Part shown: piece by piece, positions 1-8,831 of the stretch
Position numbering within the stretch: position 1 is the first letter of the stretch
How the letters are laid out: each line of letters starts with the position of its first letter
Source: an uncultured Gammaproteobacteria bacterium
GTDB lineage: Bacteria; Patescibacteriota; Patescibacteriia; JAHIZJ01
Reading direction: 5' to 3'
Assembly (NCBI GenBank): GCA_964371245.1
Contig: CAYJKP010000001.1
Span: 315,042-379,041, forward strand
Length of the DNA: 64,000 nt
Notes under the pieces: generated by a model
What the model saw: only the letters and a program-made list of their open reading frames with translations
Told to the model about the DNA's origin: nothing
The model's database searches: none
Translations under genes and position numbers: made by a program

Positions 1-11
1 CGCTCCTAGAC

Positions 12-1427
12 GTGAAGCCGGAGGATATACTACCGCGCCTGGAAAAGAAAGATGATCTCTACGAGCCATTGAAGCGGCAGGTACCGGACGAGACGATGGA
101 AAAAATTAAGGCGCTGAATATTACCGGCATCAAGTCTTCAGAAGACAGCTATCGCTATTATCCCGAGGGGAAGTACTTTAGCCATATTATCGGTTTTGTC
201 GGCTTCCAGGGTGACGAACGAATAGGTCAGTATGGTCTCGAGGGCTATTTTGAAAAAGAGCTGGCCGGCCAGACCGGTTTTCTCCAAGCCCAAATGGACG
301 CCAACGGTCGCTGGATAACGGTTGGTAATTCGAAGATTCAGGAAGCAGTTGACGGCTCCAGCCTGGTTTTAACCATCGATCGGACGGTTCAATTCACGGT
401 CTGTGACAAATTGGCCAAGGCTGTTCAAAAACACGGGGCTGATTCCGGCAGCGCGATTGTCATAAATCCAAAGACCGGCGCGATTATAGCCATGTGCAAT
501 GCGCCCGATTACGACCCAAATAAATATAATGAGGTGAAAGACGCGAGCGTCTATATCAATCGGGCGATCTATGCCGAATATGAGCCTGGCTCTGTTTTTA
601 AAGCCATGACGATGGCCGCCGCGTTAAACGAAGGCGCGGTCGGTCCAAATTCGAAATATACTGATACCGGCAGCGTCGAAATCGGCAAATACACGATCCG
701 CAATGCCGATAACAAAGTCTACGGCGAGCAAACGATGACGCAGGTGCTGGAGAATTCGATCAACACCGGGGCCATGTATGCGGCCGAAAAAGTCGGTAAT
801 GAAAAGTTTCGGAAATACATGCAGGATTTTGGTTTTGGCGAAAAAACCGGCGTCACGCTCCAAACGGAAACGGCCGGCGATATCGGTTCGCTTGATCAAA
901 TGAAGGATATTTACCGGGCGACGGCGTCGTTTGGCCAGGGTCTGACGGTGACGCCGCTCCAATTAATTGACGCCTACGCGGCGATCGCCAACGGGGGTAA
1001 ACTCATGAAACCGTACCTCGTCGACGAAATTATCAGTCCGGACGACTATCATAAGAAAACCGAACCCGAAGAGGTACGCCAAGTGCTGTCTTCAAAAACG
1101 GCCGCGACTCTCGGCGCCATGCTCGTCCAAGTCGTCGAAAACGGGCACGGGAAAAACGCCGGCGTGCACGGTTATTATATCGCCGGCAAGACCGGGACCG
1201 CTCAAGTGCCGAAGAAAGACGGCGTCGGCTACGATCCAAGTAAAAACATCGGGAGTTTCGCCGGCTTCGGTCCGGTGGAGGACCCGGTATTTGCCATGGT
1301 TGTGAGAATCGATGTGCCGCGCGACGTCATGTGGGCGGAAAGCTCGGCCGCGCCGCTTTTTGGCGAAATTGCGGATTTTCTGCTAAACTATTACGAAGTT
1401 CCGCCGACTCGGACGGAGCAAGAATAA
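12..1427 (+). CDS. ftsI: Class B penicillin-binding protein (FtsI/PBP2-like), 5'-truncated by the window edge
   Basis: Transpeptidase motifs SxxK (PGSVFK), SxN (SIN) and KTG (GKTGTAQ); GQYGLEG dimerisation-domain motif; directly upstream of murF. Confidence 0.85.
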   Translation: MKPEDILPRLEKKDDLYEPLKRQVPDETMEKIKALNITGIKSSEDSYRYYPEGKYFSHIIGFVGFQGDERIGQYGLEGYFEKELAGQTGFLQAQMDANGRWITVGNSKIQEAVDGSSLVLTIDRTVQFTVCDKLAKAVQKHGADSGSAIVINPKTGAIIAMCNAPDYDPNKYNEVKDASVYINRAIYAEYEPGSVFKAMTMAAALNEGAVGPNSKYTDTGSVEIGKYTIRNADNKVYGEQTMTQVLENSINTGAMYAAEKVGNEKFRKYMQDFGFGEKTGVTLQTETAGDIGSLDQMKDIYRATASFGQGLTVTPLQLIDAYAAIANGGKLMKPYLVDEIISPDDYHKKTEPEEVRQVLSSKTAATLGAMLVQVVENGHGKNAGVHGYYIAGKTGTAQVPKKDGVGYDPSKNIGSFAGFGPVEDPVFAMVVRIDVPRDVMWAESSAAPLFGEIADFLLNYYEVPPTRTEQE

Positions 1428-1449
1428 GCACCGTTTTCCCTCGCCAACA

Positions 1450-2727
1450 ATGAAAAAAATCCTGCAACATGTTTTACGCACACTCGCTCGTCGCGTTTTG
1501 TTGCGCTACCGGCCGGCGGTAGTCGGTATCACCGGTAGCATTGGCAAGACGTCGACCAAAGAAGCGATTTTTACGGTTCTTCAGAAACGGTATCGTTGCC
1601 GGCGCAATCAGAAAAACTATAATAACGAAATCGGCGTCCCATTAACCATCCTCGGCACTGAGACGGGGAAAAAGAACCCGCTGGCTTGGCTGCGAATTAT
1701 CGGGCGAGGCCTGTGGCTGGCCTACGGGAGCGCGGTCGACTATCCGAATACTATTATCCTCGAGATGGGGGCCGATCATCCCGGCGACATTGCCTATTTG
1801 GTGAAATTCACCCGGCCGGTCATTGGCGTGGTCACGGCCGTCGGCCCGGTCCACCTCGAATTTTTTTCAAAAATCGAACAGATCGCGCGCGAAAAGGGCA
1901 AGCTTATCACCGCATTGCCGACGAACGGCACGGCTATTCTGAACGCCGATGACGACTTAGTCATCCCGATGCGCGAAAAAACAGCCGCCCACATCGTCAC
2001 CTACGGTTTCGGCGAGGAAGCCATGGTCCGGGCGCACGACCTCCGGTATCGGTCTGAGGCCGGTAATGCAGTCACTCTTGGCGTAAGCTTTAAGGTTACC
2101 TATGCCGGCAGTACGTTTCCCGTGTCACTGCCGCACGTGCTTGGCAAGCACCAGATCTATCCGGCTCTGGCAGCGTTGGCCGTCGGTTTTTCCTTGAAAC
2201 TCAACGCGGTCGAGATCAGCGAATTGCTGAAGGAGTATCGTCCGCCAGCCGGCCGGATGAACCTGATTCCCGGGCAGCGCGGTACGCAGCTAATCGATGA
2301 TTCATACAATTCGTCTCCGGCCGCGGCGATTTCAGCGTTGAAAACGCTCGCCCAGTTGCCTCGGACAGGGCAGAAATATGCGCTGCTCGGCGATATGGCT
2401 GAGCTTGGCGCATACACGGTCCAGGGACATCGGGAGGTCGGGGAGACTGCCGCTACGTGCACCGACGTCCTGGTCACAGTCGGTGACCACGCCAAGCGCA
2501 CGGCCGCTGCAGCCGCGGACAAGGGTTTAGCCAAGGACAATATCTTTTCGTTTGATACAGTCGAACAGGCCAGCGCGTTTATGCTCACGCGCCTAAAAGC
2601 CGGCGACGTGATATTGATAAAAGGCTCGCAAGTGGCGCGCCTGGAAAAAGCCGTGAAAGCGTTGATGGCCGAGCCGGCCCGCGCGGCCGAGCTGCTGGTT
2701 CGGCAGGGCAGCGGTTGGGACAAATAA
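1450..2727 (+). CDS. murF: UDP-N-acetylmuramoyl-tripeptide--D-Ala-D-Ala ligase
   Basis: GITGSIGKTSTK P-loop, NNEIGVP, LEMG, DDSYNSSP, LGDMAELG and KGS motifs. Confidence 0.93.
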   Translation: MKKILQHVLRTLARRVLLRYRPAVVGITGSIGKTSTKEAIFTVLQKRYRCRRNQKNYNNEIGVPLTILGTETGKKNPLAWLRIIGRGLWLAYGSAVDYPNTIILEMGADHPGDIAYLVKFTRPVIGVVTAVGPVHLEFFSKIEQIAREKGKLITALPTNGTAILNADDDLVIPMREKTAAHIVTYGFGEEAMVRAHDLRYRSEAGNAVTLGVSFKVTYAGSTFPVSLPHVLGKHQIYPALAALAVGFSLKLNAVEISELLKEYRPPAGRMNLIPGQRGTQLIDDSYNSSPAAAISALKTLAQLPRTGQKYALLGDMAELGAYTVQGHREVGETAATCTDVLVTVGDHAKRTAAAAADKGLAKDNIFSFDTVEQASAFMLTRLKAGDVILIKGSQVARLEKAVKALMAEPARAAELLVRQGSGWDK

Positions 2728-2858
2728 TTAATTTCGGATAATATAAAACGCTCAAACGTTTTTTTATTCGGATAACGGAATATGAGAACGCACCGTAGTG
2801 CTGGTTGACGAAACAATCGAACCAGAATATCATAATTGCTGCTGGAAAGGAGGGGCCT

Positions 2859-3095
2859 ATGGTATTGTGCGCGCTCGCGACAATCAAGCGGACGACTCAA
2901 TGTCTTCTTCAGTGCCTATGGGTCTTCGTCTGCGTTCCAGTCCTCCTGGTGCGAGAAGTGAGGGAGGAGCGCGGGAGTGTATACGAAGGCTTTTCTCTCT
3001 GCATCCTGATCTTTCTCGTTCTTCCCGGTTGCGTCGGCCTGATCATGTTCATCATGCATCCCCGTCAGTTCCTCGTCGGGCTGCTCAACGGCTGA
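2859..3095 (+). CDS. Small hypothetical membrane protein
   Basis: GGAAAGGAGG ribosome-binding site before ATG 2859; two hydrophobic segments; followed by hairpin TGATCTGTTC-N4-GAACAGATCA and a T-run. Confidence 0.55.
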   Translation: MVLCALATIKRTTQCLLQCLWVFVCVPVLLVREVREERGSVYEGFSLCILIFLVLPGCVGLIMFIMHPRQFLVGLLNG

Positions 3096-3191
3096 TCTGT
3101 TCACACCGAACAGATCATTTTAATTGGACTTTACAGGGATTAACCATGCGGTATACTATAGCCGTCGTAAGGATTAAAGACGGCGCTCTAT

Positions 3192-4193
3192 ATGGCGTTC
3201 AAACGCCCGAAAATCTGCCTCCTTTTCTGCGGCGGCTCGACTCTGGTCGGCCATGACAACGCTTTGATTGAGGTGACAAAAAAGTCGGATATTGAACCGT
3301 GGCTGGCGGAAGCCTCCGAGCTGGCAATTTTGGCTGACGTGCAGACGGTTTTTGTGTATGGCGACGACCGGAAAACCGTGGCCGTCGAAACCTGGATTGC
3401 GCTGGCGAAAGAAATCCAGAAGCGCTATCAGGCGTACAACGGCTTTGTTATAACGCATAATTTCGATTCGATCATCTATACCGGCGCGGCCTTGAGCTTT
3501 ATGCTGCGTAATCTTGGTAAACCCGTGGTTCTGACTGGGGCGCAAGAGACCGGTTCGGCCGGGCCAGCCATCGCTGATCGTTATCATGCGTTGGGAATAC
3601 GGGCGAATCTTATCAACGCGATCCAGGTCGCTACGTTGAACATTGCCGAAGTTGGCGTCATGTACGGCAATGTTCTCTTGCGGGCCACACAGGCGGTGCG
3701 TGCGGCCGGGGCCAAGGGCGAACTGACTGCCTGGCTCGGCGATAATTTAGGCGAAGTAGATTTCGGGATAAAGCTGTCCGAGCAGCGGCAACGCCGGCAA
3801 GGCAGCGCGCTGCTGCTCCGGCCGGCGATTGAAAAGGATGTGTTTATGATGCACGTGCATCCGGGTTTTGATCTCAAAACCAATCTCGAGCTCTTAAGCC
3901 CGGCGCTGAAAGGCGTGATTATCAGGGCGACTGACGTTATTTTGCAGCCGGAAGAATATGCGGTCCTCGAGGAATTCAGCGTGCGCCGGCGCAGCCCGGT
4001 TTTTCTCCTGGCCGATACCGAGGCGCCGATCCCGAAAAAAACAAAACTGATCGTGTTACCGCCGATGCTTCCGGAAATCGCCTTAACAAAGGTGATGTGG
4101 GCGCTCGGCCAAAACCATTCACGCACTGAACTCCGGCAGCGGATGAATGAAAATATCGCCCACGAAATTCTTATCCGGTCGGAAAAATCATGA
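3192..4193 (+). CDS. L-asparaginase type I-like protein with degenerate catalytic motifs
   Basis: CGGSTL, GFVITHNFDS, LSFML..LGKPVVLTGAQ and C-terminal M.PEIALTKVMWALG follow the asparaginase pattern. Confidence 0.8.
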   Translation: MAFKRPKICLLFCGGSTLVGHDNALIEVTKKSDIEPWLAEASELAILADVQTVFVYGDDRKTVAVETWIALAKEIQKRYQAYNGFVITHNFDSIIYTGAALSFMLRNLGKPVVLTGAQETGSAGPAIADRYHALGIRANLINAIQVATLNIAEVGVMYGNVLLRATQAVRAAGAKGELTAWLGDNLGEVDFGIKLSEQRQRRQGSALLLRPAIEKDVFMMHVHPGFDLKTNLELLSPALKGVIIRATDVILQPEEYAVLEEFSVRRRSPVFLLADTEAPIPKKTKLIVLPPMLPEIALTKVMWALGQNHSRTELRQRMNENIAHEILIRSEKS

Positions 4194-4786
4194 AGATATA
4201 CTATTTTGCCAGCCAAAGTGAGAAGCGCGCCAACCGGGAGAACCAAGCCCGGATCAAGAAGCTGCTCGAGCAAGCCGGCCTGGTTGTCCTGACCAATCTC
4301 CAGGCGGGCAGCGACATCGCCACGAATTTACGCCAGCGGGCGAACGAGCTCGGTCAGAGCATGCTGGACCAGATGGACGCCATCGTGATCGAAGGGTCAG
4401 GCAGTGATCCTGAAATCGGGTATTTGCTCGCCTATGGCATTTCGACCAAGAAGCCGACGCTCTATTTCATCGAGCAGGGGAGTCAGGCGAACAATCCCTT
4501 AGTTTTTCTGGCCACGAAGAATATTCCGAGCCACGTTATTGTGAAGACCTACACCGCGGCCACGCTTGATACGGCGTTTTATGAAATGCTCGGCCGCTTG
4601 GAAAACCAAGAATTTACCGAGGCGCCGACGATCAAATTCACGCTCCGGATCACCCATCAGATCGAACAGTATTTGCACTGGAAGACGCACAACACGAAAA
4701 TGACAAAGGCTGATTATCTGCGGCGCTTGATCGAAGAGGTGATGAAGAAAGACGAATCGTTTCGCAAATACAAAAAGCACGGCTAA
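4190..4786 (+). CDS. Nucleoside 2-deoxyribosyltransferase-like domain fused to a C-terminal ribbon-helix-helix domain (putative regulator)
   Basis: DAIVIEGS..DPEIGYLLAYG...KKPTLYF resembles the NDT fold; IKFTLRI..EQYL....MTKADYLRRLIEE has an RHH pattern; ATGA overlap with the upstream gene. Confidence 0.6.
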   Translation: MKIYYFASQSEKRANRENQARIKKLLEQAGLVVLTNLQAGSDIATNLRQRANELGQSMLDQMDAIVIEGSGSDPEIGYLLAYGISTKKPTLYFIEQGSQANNPLVFLATKNIPSHVIVKTYTAATLDTAFYEMLGRLENQEFTEAPTIKFTLRITHQIEQYLHWKTHNTKMTKADYLRRLIEEVMKKDESFRKYKKHG

Positions 4787-4836
4787 AAAAATATCGTAGC
4801 GATCAACGGTGTGAAACGATTCAGGCTGTTTTTTTA

Positions 4837-4864
4837 TTGACAGCCACGTCATGTTTGCTAAACT
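4837..4864 (+). promoter_or_regulatory. Sigma70-type promoter for ssb
   Basis: TTGACA (4837) N16 TAAACT with an extended -10 TG. Confidence 0.55.
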
Positions 4865-4877
4865 TGTAGTAGGGAAT

Positions 4878-5005
4878 AGCGCCGTCGCATTAATCAGCGC
4901 CGTCGCAAATTCAACCCGGGTGCTGGCTGAGACCGATGGCTAGGAAGGATGTCATCGCCGTCGCACGAGAGAGCCGTCGCTCAGTCCTGGGGATAGCGCG
5001 TTGAA
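4878..5005 (+). repeat. Four GCCGTCGC direct repeats within a structured ssb leader
   Basis: GCCGTCGC at 4881, 4899, 4957 and 4973; enclosing stems TTCAAC/GTTGAA and CTGAG/CTCAG. Confidence 0.7.
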
Positions 5006-5041
5006 ACGAAGAAAGTCGGCCGGGAGCACGTACGAGGCACT

Positions 5042-5461
5042 ATGAATTTAAACAAAGTCAGCCTCATCGGGAATTTGACTCGTGAACCGATGAGCCGAAC
5101 CCTGCCGTCAGGCCAGTCTGTCACGAATTTCGGCCTGGCTACCAACCACCTCTGGTGGGACGCGAAATCAAAAGAAAAAAAGGAAAGCGCTGAATTTCAC
5201 AATATTGTCGCCTGGGGCAAGCTCGGCGAGATCTGTGGGAAGTATCTGAAGAAGGGGAGCAAGGTCTATATCGAGGGCCGTCTCCAGACACGCGCCTGGA
5301 CCGATCGAGCCGGCGCCAAACGTTCCCGGACCGAGGTCATCGCTGAAAATCTGATCATGCTCGGCCACCTCGGCTCAAAAAAAGAAGAACAGGCTGAAGC
5401 CAAGAAACAAGAGCTCCTGGCAAAAGAAGAGGTTGATGTCCGGCAAGTCCCGGTTGAATAG
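5042..5461 (+). CDS. ssb: Single-stranded DNA-binding protein, probably a secondary paralog
   Basis: MNLNKVSLIGNLTREP, EFHNIVAWGKLGE, KGSKVYIEGRLQTR; tail ends QVPVE rather than IPF; not in an rpsF-ssb-rpsR operon. Confidence 0.93.
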   Translation: MNLNKVSLIGNLTREPMSRTLPSGQSVTNFGLATNHLWWDAKSKEKKESAEFHNIVAWGKLGEICGKYLKKGSKVYIEGRLQTRAWTDRAGAKRSRTEVIAENLIMLGHLGSKKEEQAEAKKQELLAKEEVDVRQVPVE

Positions 5462-5492
5462 GCAACAACGATAAACAACGCGTTCATTTCAT

Positions 5493-5604
5493 CCAAACCG
5501 TTTGCTGCTTGCTCGCCTCGTCCTCAGACCCTAGTGGAAGCCAACCCGTCCTCTGGTTTTCACTGGCGGGAGAAGATCAGGCGAGCAACCAGGAGTCGGC
5601 TTGG
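5493..5604 (+). ncRNA. Candidate long-hairpin structured RNA downstream of ssb
   Basis: Nested stems CCAAACCG/CGGCTTGG, TTGCTCGCCT/AGGCGAGCAA and AGTGGAAGCCA/TGGTTTTCACT. Confidence 0.35.
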
Positions 5605-5622
5605 CTATAGGTAATTATCATC

Positions 5623-5645
5623 GACGGGTTAAAAGCCCGTTTTTT
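5623..5645 (+). terminator. Intrinsic terminator
   Basis: GACGGGTT-AAAA-GCCCGT followed by a T-run. Confidence 0.7.
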
Positions 5646-5718
5646 AATCACTTCTTTTCTGTCCGTCTTCCACTTAATTAATAAGACAAGTCTCCCTGCC
5701 GTCTTTTCCCCGAAATTT

Positions 5719-5753
5719 ACCCCGGACCAGACGCTCGCGCGTCGGTACGGGGT
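5719..5753. repeat. Short CCCCG.ACC...GGTACGGGG palindromic element (no cargo) nested in a larger hairpin at 5695-5783
   Basis: ACCCCGGACCAGACGC-TCGC-GCGTCGGTACGGGGT; its ends resemble those of the element at 29579-29752. Confidence 0.6.
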
Positions 5754-5856
5754 CGATTACGAGGTTCTGGGAGGCGGGCAGGAAAAAGGTGAGCATAAAT
5801 GAAAAGCTTACCCTAGGGTAAGCTCGAGACAGGACAGAGCGATTGAAAGGAGGGGA

Positions 5857-6114
5857 TCAGGCTGGCGGCGTGACGGCGGTGAATAGGTAGGAGGGGTACC
5901 AGCGTCCGTTCAAGCCAGCCAGTCTGACGATCTGGAAAGTCAGCGGCATGCAGCAGCAATCGTGTGACGAAGGGCAGCCTGGCCAGTGTTCGTCGTCCGT
6001 GTCGGTATCGACCTCGGTCACCCGGAATCGCGCATCAGGCGGAGCGCTTAAGAGATCTTGCACCTCGGCCTGGCTTTCATCAGCCAATCTGACTAGTTGT
6101 CCGACTTCCAGCAT
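5857..6114 (-). CDS. Hypothetical 85-aa protein with a Cys/His cluster (possible metal binding)
   Basis: GGAGG ribosome-binding site before ATG 6114; HWPGCPSSHDCCC; followed by the perfect palindrome AGCTTACCCTAGGGTAAGCT. Confidence 0.6.
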   Translation of the reverse strand: MLEVGQLVRLADESQAEVQDLLSAPPDARFRVTEVDTDTDDEHWPGCPSSHDCCCMPLTFQIVRLAGLNGRWYPSYLFTAVTPPA

Positions 6115-6311
6115 GTTTCCAAACCTCCGTGGGGTAAAGGCTAGGGAAAGGGCGAACAATTAGAAACCGTATGATACTATCATACACTTTATTAAACACT
6201 AGATAAAGCCCAATTATCCACAATATTTTTTGGCTTTTTTTAGCCAAACTTGGTAAATAAGAAAAAATCCGCCCAGGCTGTCGGGCCAAGGCGGTTGGTC
6301 GTTGTTCAGAC

Positions 6312-7676
6312 TCACGGAGCAATGATATGTGTGGCTCCGTCCCAGAAAGCCAGCTTCAGGTGGCCGTCTCCCCAGTACTGGAGGCAGTTATTGCCAGGCA
6401 GCCAGAGCGGCGATCCGGCGTAGGTATCCGGCAGGCGGCGGCGGTCCCACAGTCCGACGGTACCGAGGTAGAGCCCACGCTGGTCGCCAGACTCAGCAAA
6501 CGCGTATCTGGTCCGGTCGGGCGAGTAAGCGACAGAAGTCAGATTCGCCGTCGCTACCACTTTTCCGCCGGTTCCGGAGAGCGGATCCACCCAGTAAATG
6601 CCGTAGAAGTCGGCCCAGAGGACCGCGTCAGGCGCTACCCAGCAGAGCTGCAGCGACGCATTCTGCAGGGTGCTAATGCGCATGTAAACGGTGTGAACAC
6701 CGCTCCCGTCGACGCGCATGACGCGGATGATGGCCTGGGTTCCGTACGAATGGTTCACGAATGCGATCAGCGAATCGCCCGGCGAAAACGTCGGGTTGTG
6801 GTCGTAGACGAAGCCCTGCGTCTGGTAGATCCTCCGCACGACGTTCGAGGGCGCGTCATAGAGGTAGATTCCGTCGACATAGGCGCCAAAGGCAAGCCGG
6901 TCGCCGGAATTCGACCAGACATAGTCGTCGCTGGCGTGCGGATTCGGAATCTCCGTCCTGATGCTGCCGTCCCGGTTCGCGATCACGATGCTGTTGTTCG
7001 CTGACGTGTAGGCGACGTACTGGCCGTTGGGCGACACCCGGTACAAGCCCAGGTTGCTCAAGCCGGAAGCCAGCACGCTCCACTCGATTCCGTCGGCTCT
7101 GATGAGGAACAGCTTGTCGCCGCGGACCTGGGTGAGCATGATGTCCGGGCAGGGCTCGAACGTGGCCGAGACCGTGGTCGTGTCCTCGCCGGACAAGGCA
7201 ACAGTCTCAAAATGCGGATAGTAGCCGGGCCGGCGCAGATACACCTCGCACTTGTCGTCGAAGCCGAGGGGAACGTCGGGAATGATCGCCGGCGTCATGA
7301 CGGACAGGAGCGAGTCGTTCAGCGTGATGTACGCCTCGGGCGGGTTTGACAGCAAACGCAGGACGGCCGGCCGGTGTTCAGAGAAGCTGTGGTACACGGC
7401 GGGATTAACCGAGGCGCTGACCACGACCGTCTCGGCGTGCGCGTAGTAGCCGTGGATCGTGAAGGTGACGACATGGTCGCCATAGTCGACGCCGGTGAGC
7501 GCCGCGTCCGTCACCAGGCCGGTGTCAGTGCCGTCGAGCCAGATGGCCGCGCCTGGCGGAAAGGAGCGGCAGTCGATGGTACCGTGCTTCTCGGGTTCGG
7601 TTCCGTTCTGGCTGCAGCCGGCAAACGTGAGAACGAGCGCGGCGCAGATGGTAAGGATAGACAAGGTCGGTCGCAT
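6312..7676 (-). CDS. Lipoprotein with two PEGA domains and a TolB-like beta-propeller
   Basis: Lipobox FAGC; S.PPGA.I.LDG and SNPPEAYITLN PEGA repeats; SPNG/SNSG/SPGD/SPDR propeller repeats; AGGAG ribosome-binding site; GC-rich relative to flanks. Confidence 0.8.
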   Translation of the reverse strand: MRPTLSILTICAALVLTFAGCSQNGTEPEKHGTIDCRSFPPGAAIWLDGTDTGLVTDAALTGVDYGDHVVTFTIHGYYAHAETVVVSASVNPAVYHSFSEHRPAVLRLLSNPPEAYITLNDSLLSVMTPAIIPDVPLGFDDKCEVYLRRPGYYPHFETVALSGEDTTTVSATFEPCPDIMLTQVRGDKLFLIRADGIEWSVLASGLSNLGLYRVSPNGQYVAYTSANNSIVIANRDGSIRTEIPNPHASDDYVWSNSGDRLAFGAYVDGIYLYDAPSNVVRRIYQTQGFVYDHNPTFSPGDSLIAFVNHSYGTQAIIRVMRVDGSGVHTVYMRISTLQNASLQLCWVAPDAVLWADFYGIYWVDPLSGTGGKVVATANLTSVAYSPDRTRYAFAESGDQRGLYLGTVGLWDRRRLPDTYAGSPLWLPGNNCLQYWGDGHLKLAFWDGATHIIAP

Positions 7677-7829
7677 GATCGGACTCCTTTCATCACCCGC
7701 GACGCGGGGCTGAAGGTGGTAGGACTAGGTTTTCGAAACAGCGAAAGAGCACGTAAATGTACACCGGTAATAAAGGGGAGTCAAGCGCTTTAATGGATTT
7801 GTTTATATTGATGAATACTGAGTTTTGGG

Positions 7830-7893
7830 TGGACAAAATAGGGCTAATGAGAGTATAAATATAATATCGAGTTCGTATATACTCTAGTTAGCT
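7830..7893 (+). promoter_or_regulatory. Candidate cassette promoter (Pc-like) and first recombination site (attI-like or degenerate attC)
   Basis: TGGACA-N18-TATAAA overlapping the hairpin GCTAA.GAGAGTATA...TATACTCT.GTTAGC; core site GTTAGCT at 7887-7893. Confidence 0.45.
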
Positions 7894-7910
7894 GACATAT
7901 TTTTCACAAC

Positions 7911-8342
7911 ATGACTGATAAGATTCCTAGAGATAAATTTCCAATAATAACAGCGCTTACAGATGAATTATCATCTTTAAATAGTGGGTTAGAGCTAAAC
8001 ACAAAAGCTAATAGCATATGTCTTGGCCGTATACAAATGGATAAGTCAACAAACCAAAGCACGACAGCTTTAAGCTGCATCCAGACGTTGAGTATCATTA
8101 AAAATACATTTTACATCTACTTGGTTGAGCAACACGGCCAAAATAGTACCTTGGAAAAGTATTCATTTAAACTAACCGACGAGCATAAAGTACCCTTGAA
8201 GCAATATGATAAAGATCCAAAGTCTGGTTCACATGTTCATCTTTTTACAAACGGCAAGAAAGTAAATAAACATATACCATTTCCTGACTCGTTGAAAGAA
8301 ATCGCGAAAGACATTATCCATTTAATCGCACAAAGTAACTAG
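7911..8342 (+). CDS. Cassette 1 hypothetical protein (weak resemblance to DUF6516/TumE-like toxins)
   Basis: AT-rich ORF between cassette ends; YSF...QYD.....HVH motif. Confidence 0.65.
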   Translation: MTDKIPRDKFPIITALTDELSSLNSGLELNTKANSICLGRIQMDKSTNQSTTALSCIQTLSIIKNTFYIYLVEQHGQNSTLEKYSFKLTDEHKVPLKQYDKDPKSGSHVHLFTNGKKVNKHIPFPDSLKEIAKDIIHLIAQSN

Positions 8343-8376
8343 TTGTGAAAAATACATCGCCTAACACGGGCTAGCC

Positions 8377-8831
8377 GGTGAGCGAGCCAATTACCACTGA
8401 AATGGGAAAGATAACAGTATATTATTCTCCAATAATTGACGAGGAAGAGAAGAAAATACTCTCTGATGCTTTTCGGCAAGATGTCGATTTTTGTAAATTT
8501 GAGAAAAAGGGTGTTCATGCTGGCGCATATGATGTTGAAATACTCATTAATATTTTCGGTGGCATTGTTGCGTCGGTTTTGTATGATTTAATTAAGAACC
8601 TCTTTAAAAGAAATAGAAAAAACATCATGGATGGTTATAAGAGACCACGTTACACTGTATTGGTTCTTAGAAAGGAAACTGAGTGGATTGTTATCTCGAA
8701 TGTCAACCCCGAAAATAAAATGACGATTTCCATTACATCAGCAAATTCAGTAGATCCCTCAAAAATCGACATCCAATACTCTGATGAAGAGCTATCAAAG
8801 CACCTTTAGACAAACTATTGACTCGCTCACC
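8377..8831. mobile_element. 455-bp non-autonomous inverted-repeat-bounded element inserted in attC1
   Basis: GGTGAGCGAGCCAAT (8377-8391) and ATTGACTCGCTCACC (8817-8831) are 14/15 inverted repeats enclosing one ORF. Confidence 0.75.
8378..8809 (+). CDS. Hypothetical cargo protein of the attC insert (ATG 8402 may be the true start)
   Basis: AT-rich ORF filling the element; one hydrophobic/amphipathic helix (ILINIFGGIVASVLYDLIK); no transposase motifs. Confidence 0.7.
   Translation: MSEPITTEMGKITVYYSPIIDEEEKKILSDAFRQDVDFCKFEKKGVHAGAYDVEILINIFGGIVASVLYDLIKNLFKRNRKNIMDGYKRPRYTVLVLRKETEWIVISNVNPENKMTISITSANSVDPSKIDIQYSDEELSKHL

Noticed and set aside
6214-6222. DnaA box TTATCCACA (another, TGTGGATAA, near 55247) suggesting oriC
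   Set aside because: Isolated single boxes; no cluster and no dnaA/dnaN nearby
6312-7676. Divergent gene upstream of the cassette array as the integron integrase
   Set aside because: It is a PEGA/beta-propeller lipoprotein with no R-H-R-Y tyrosine recombinase motifs
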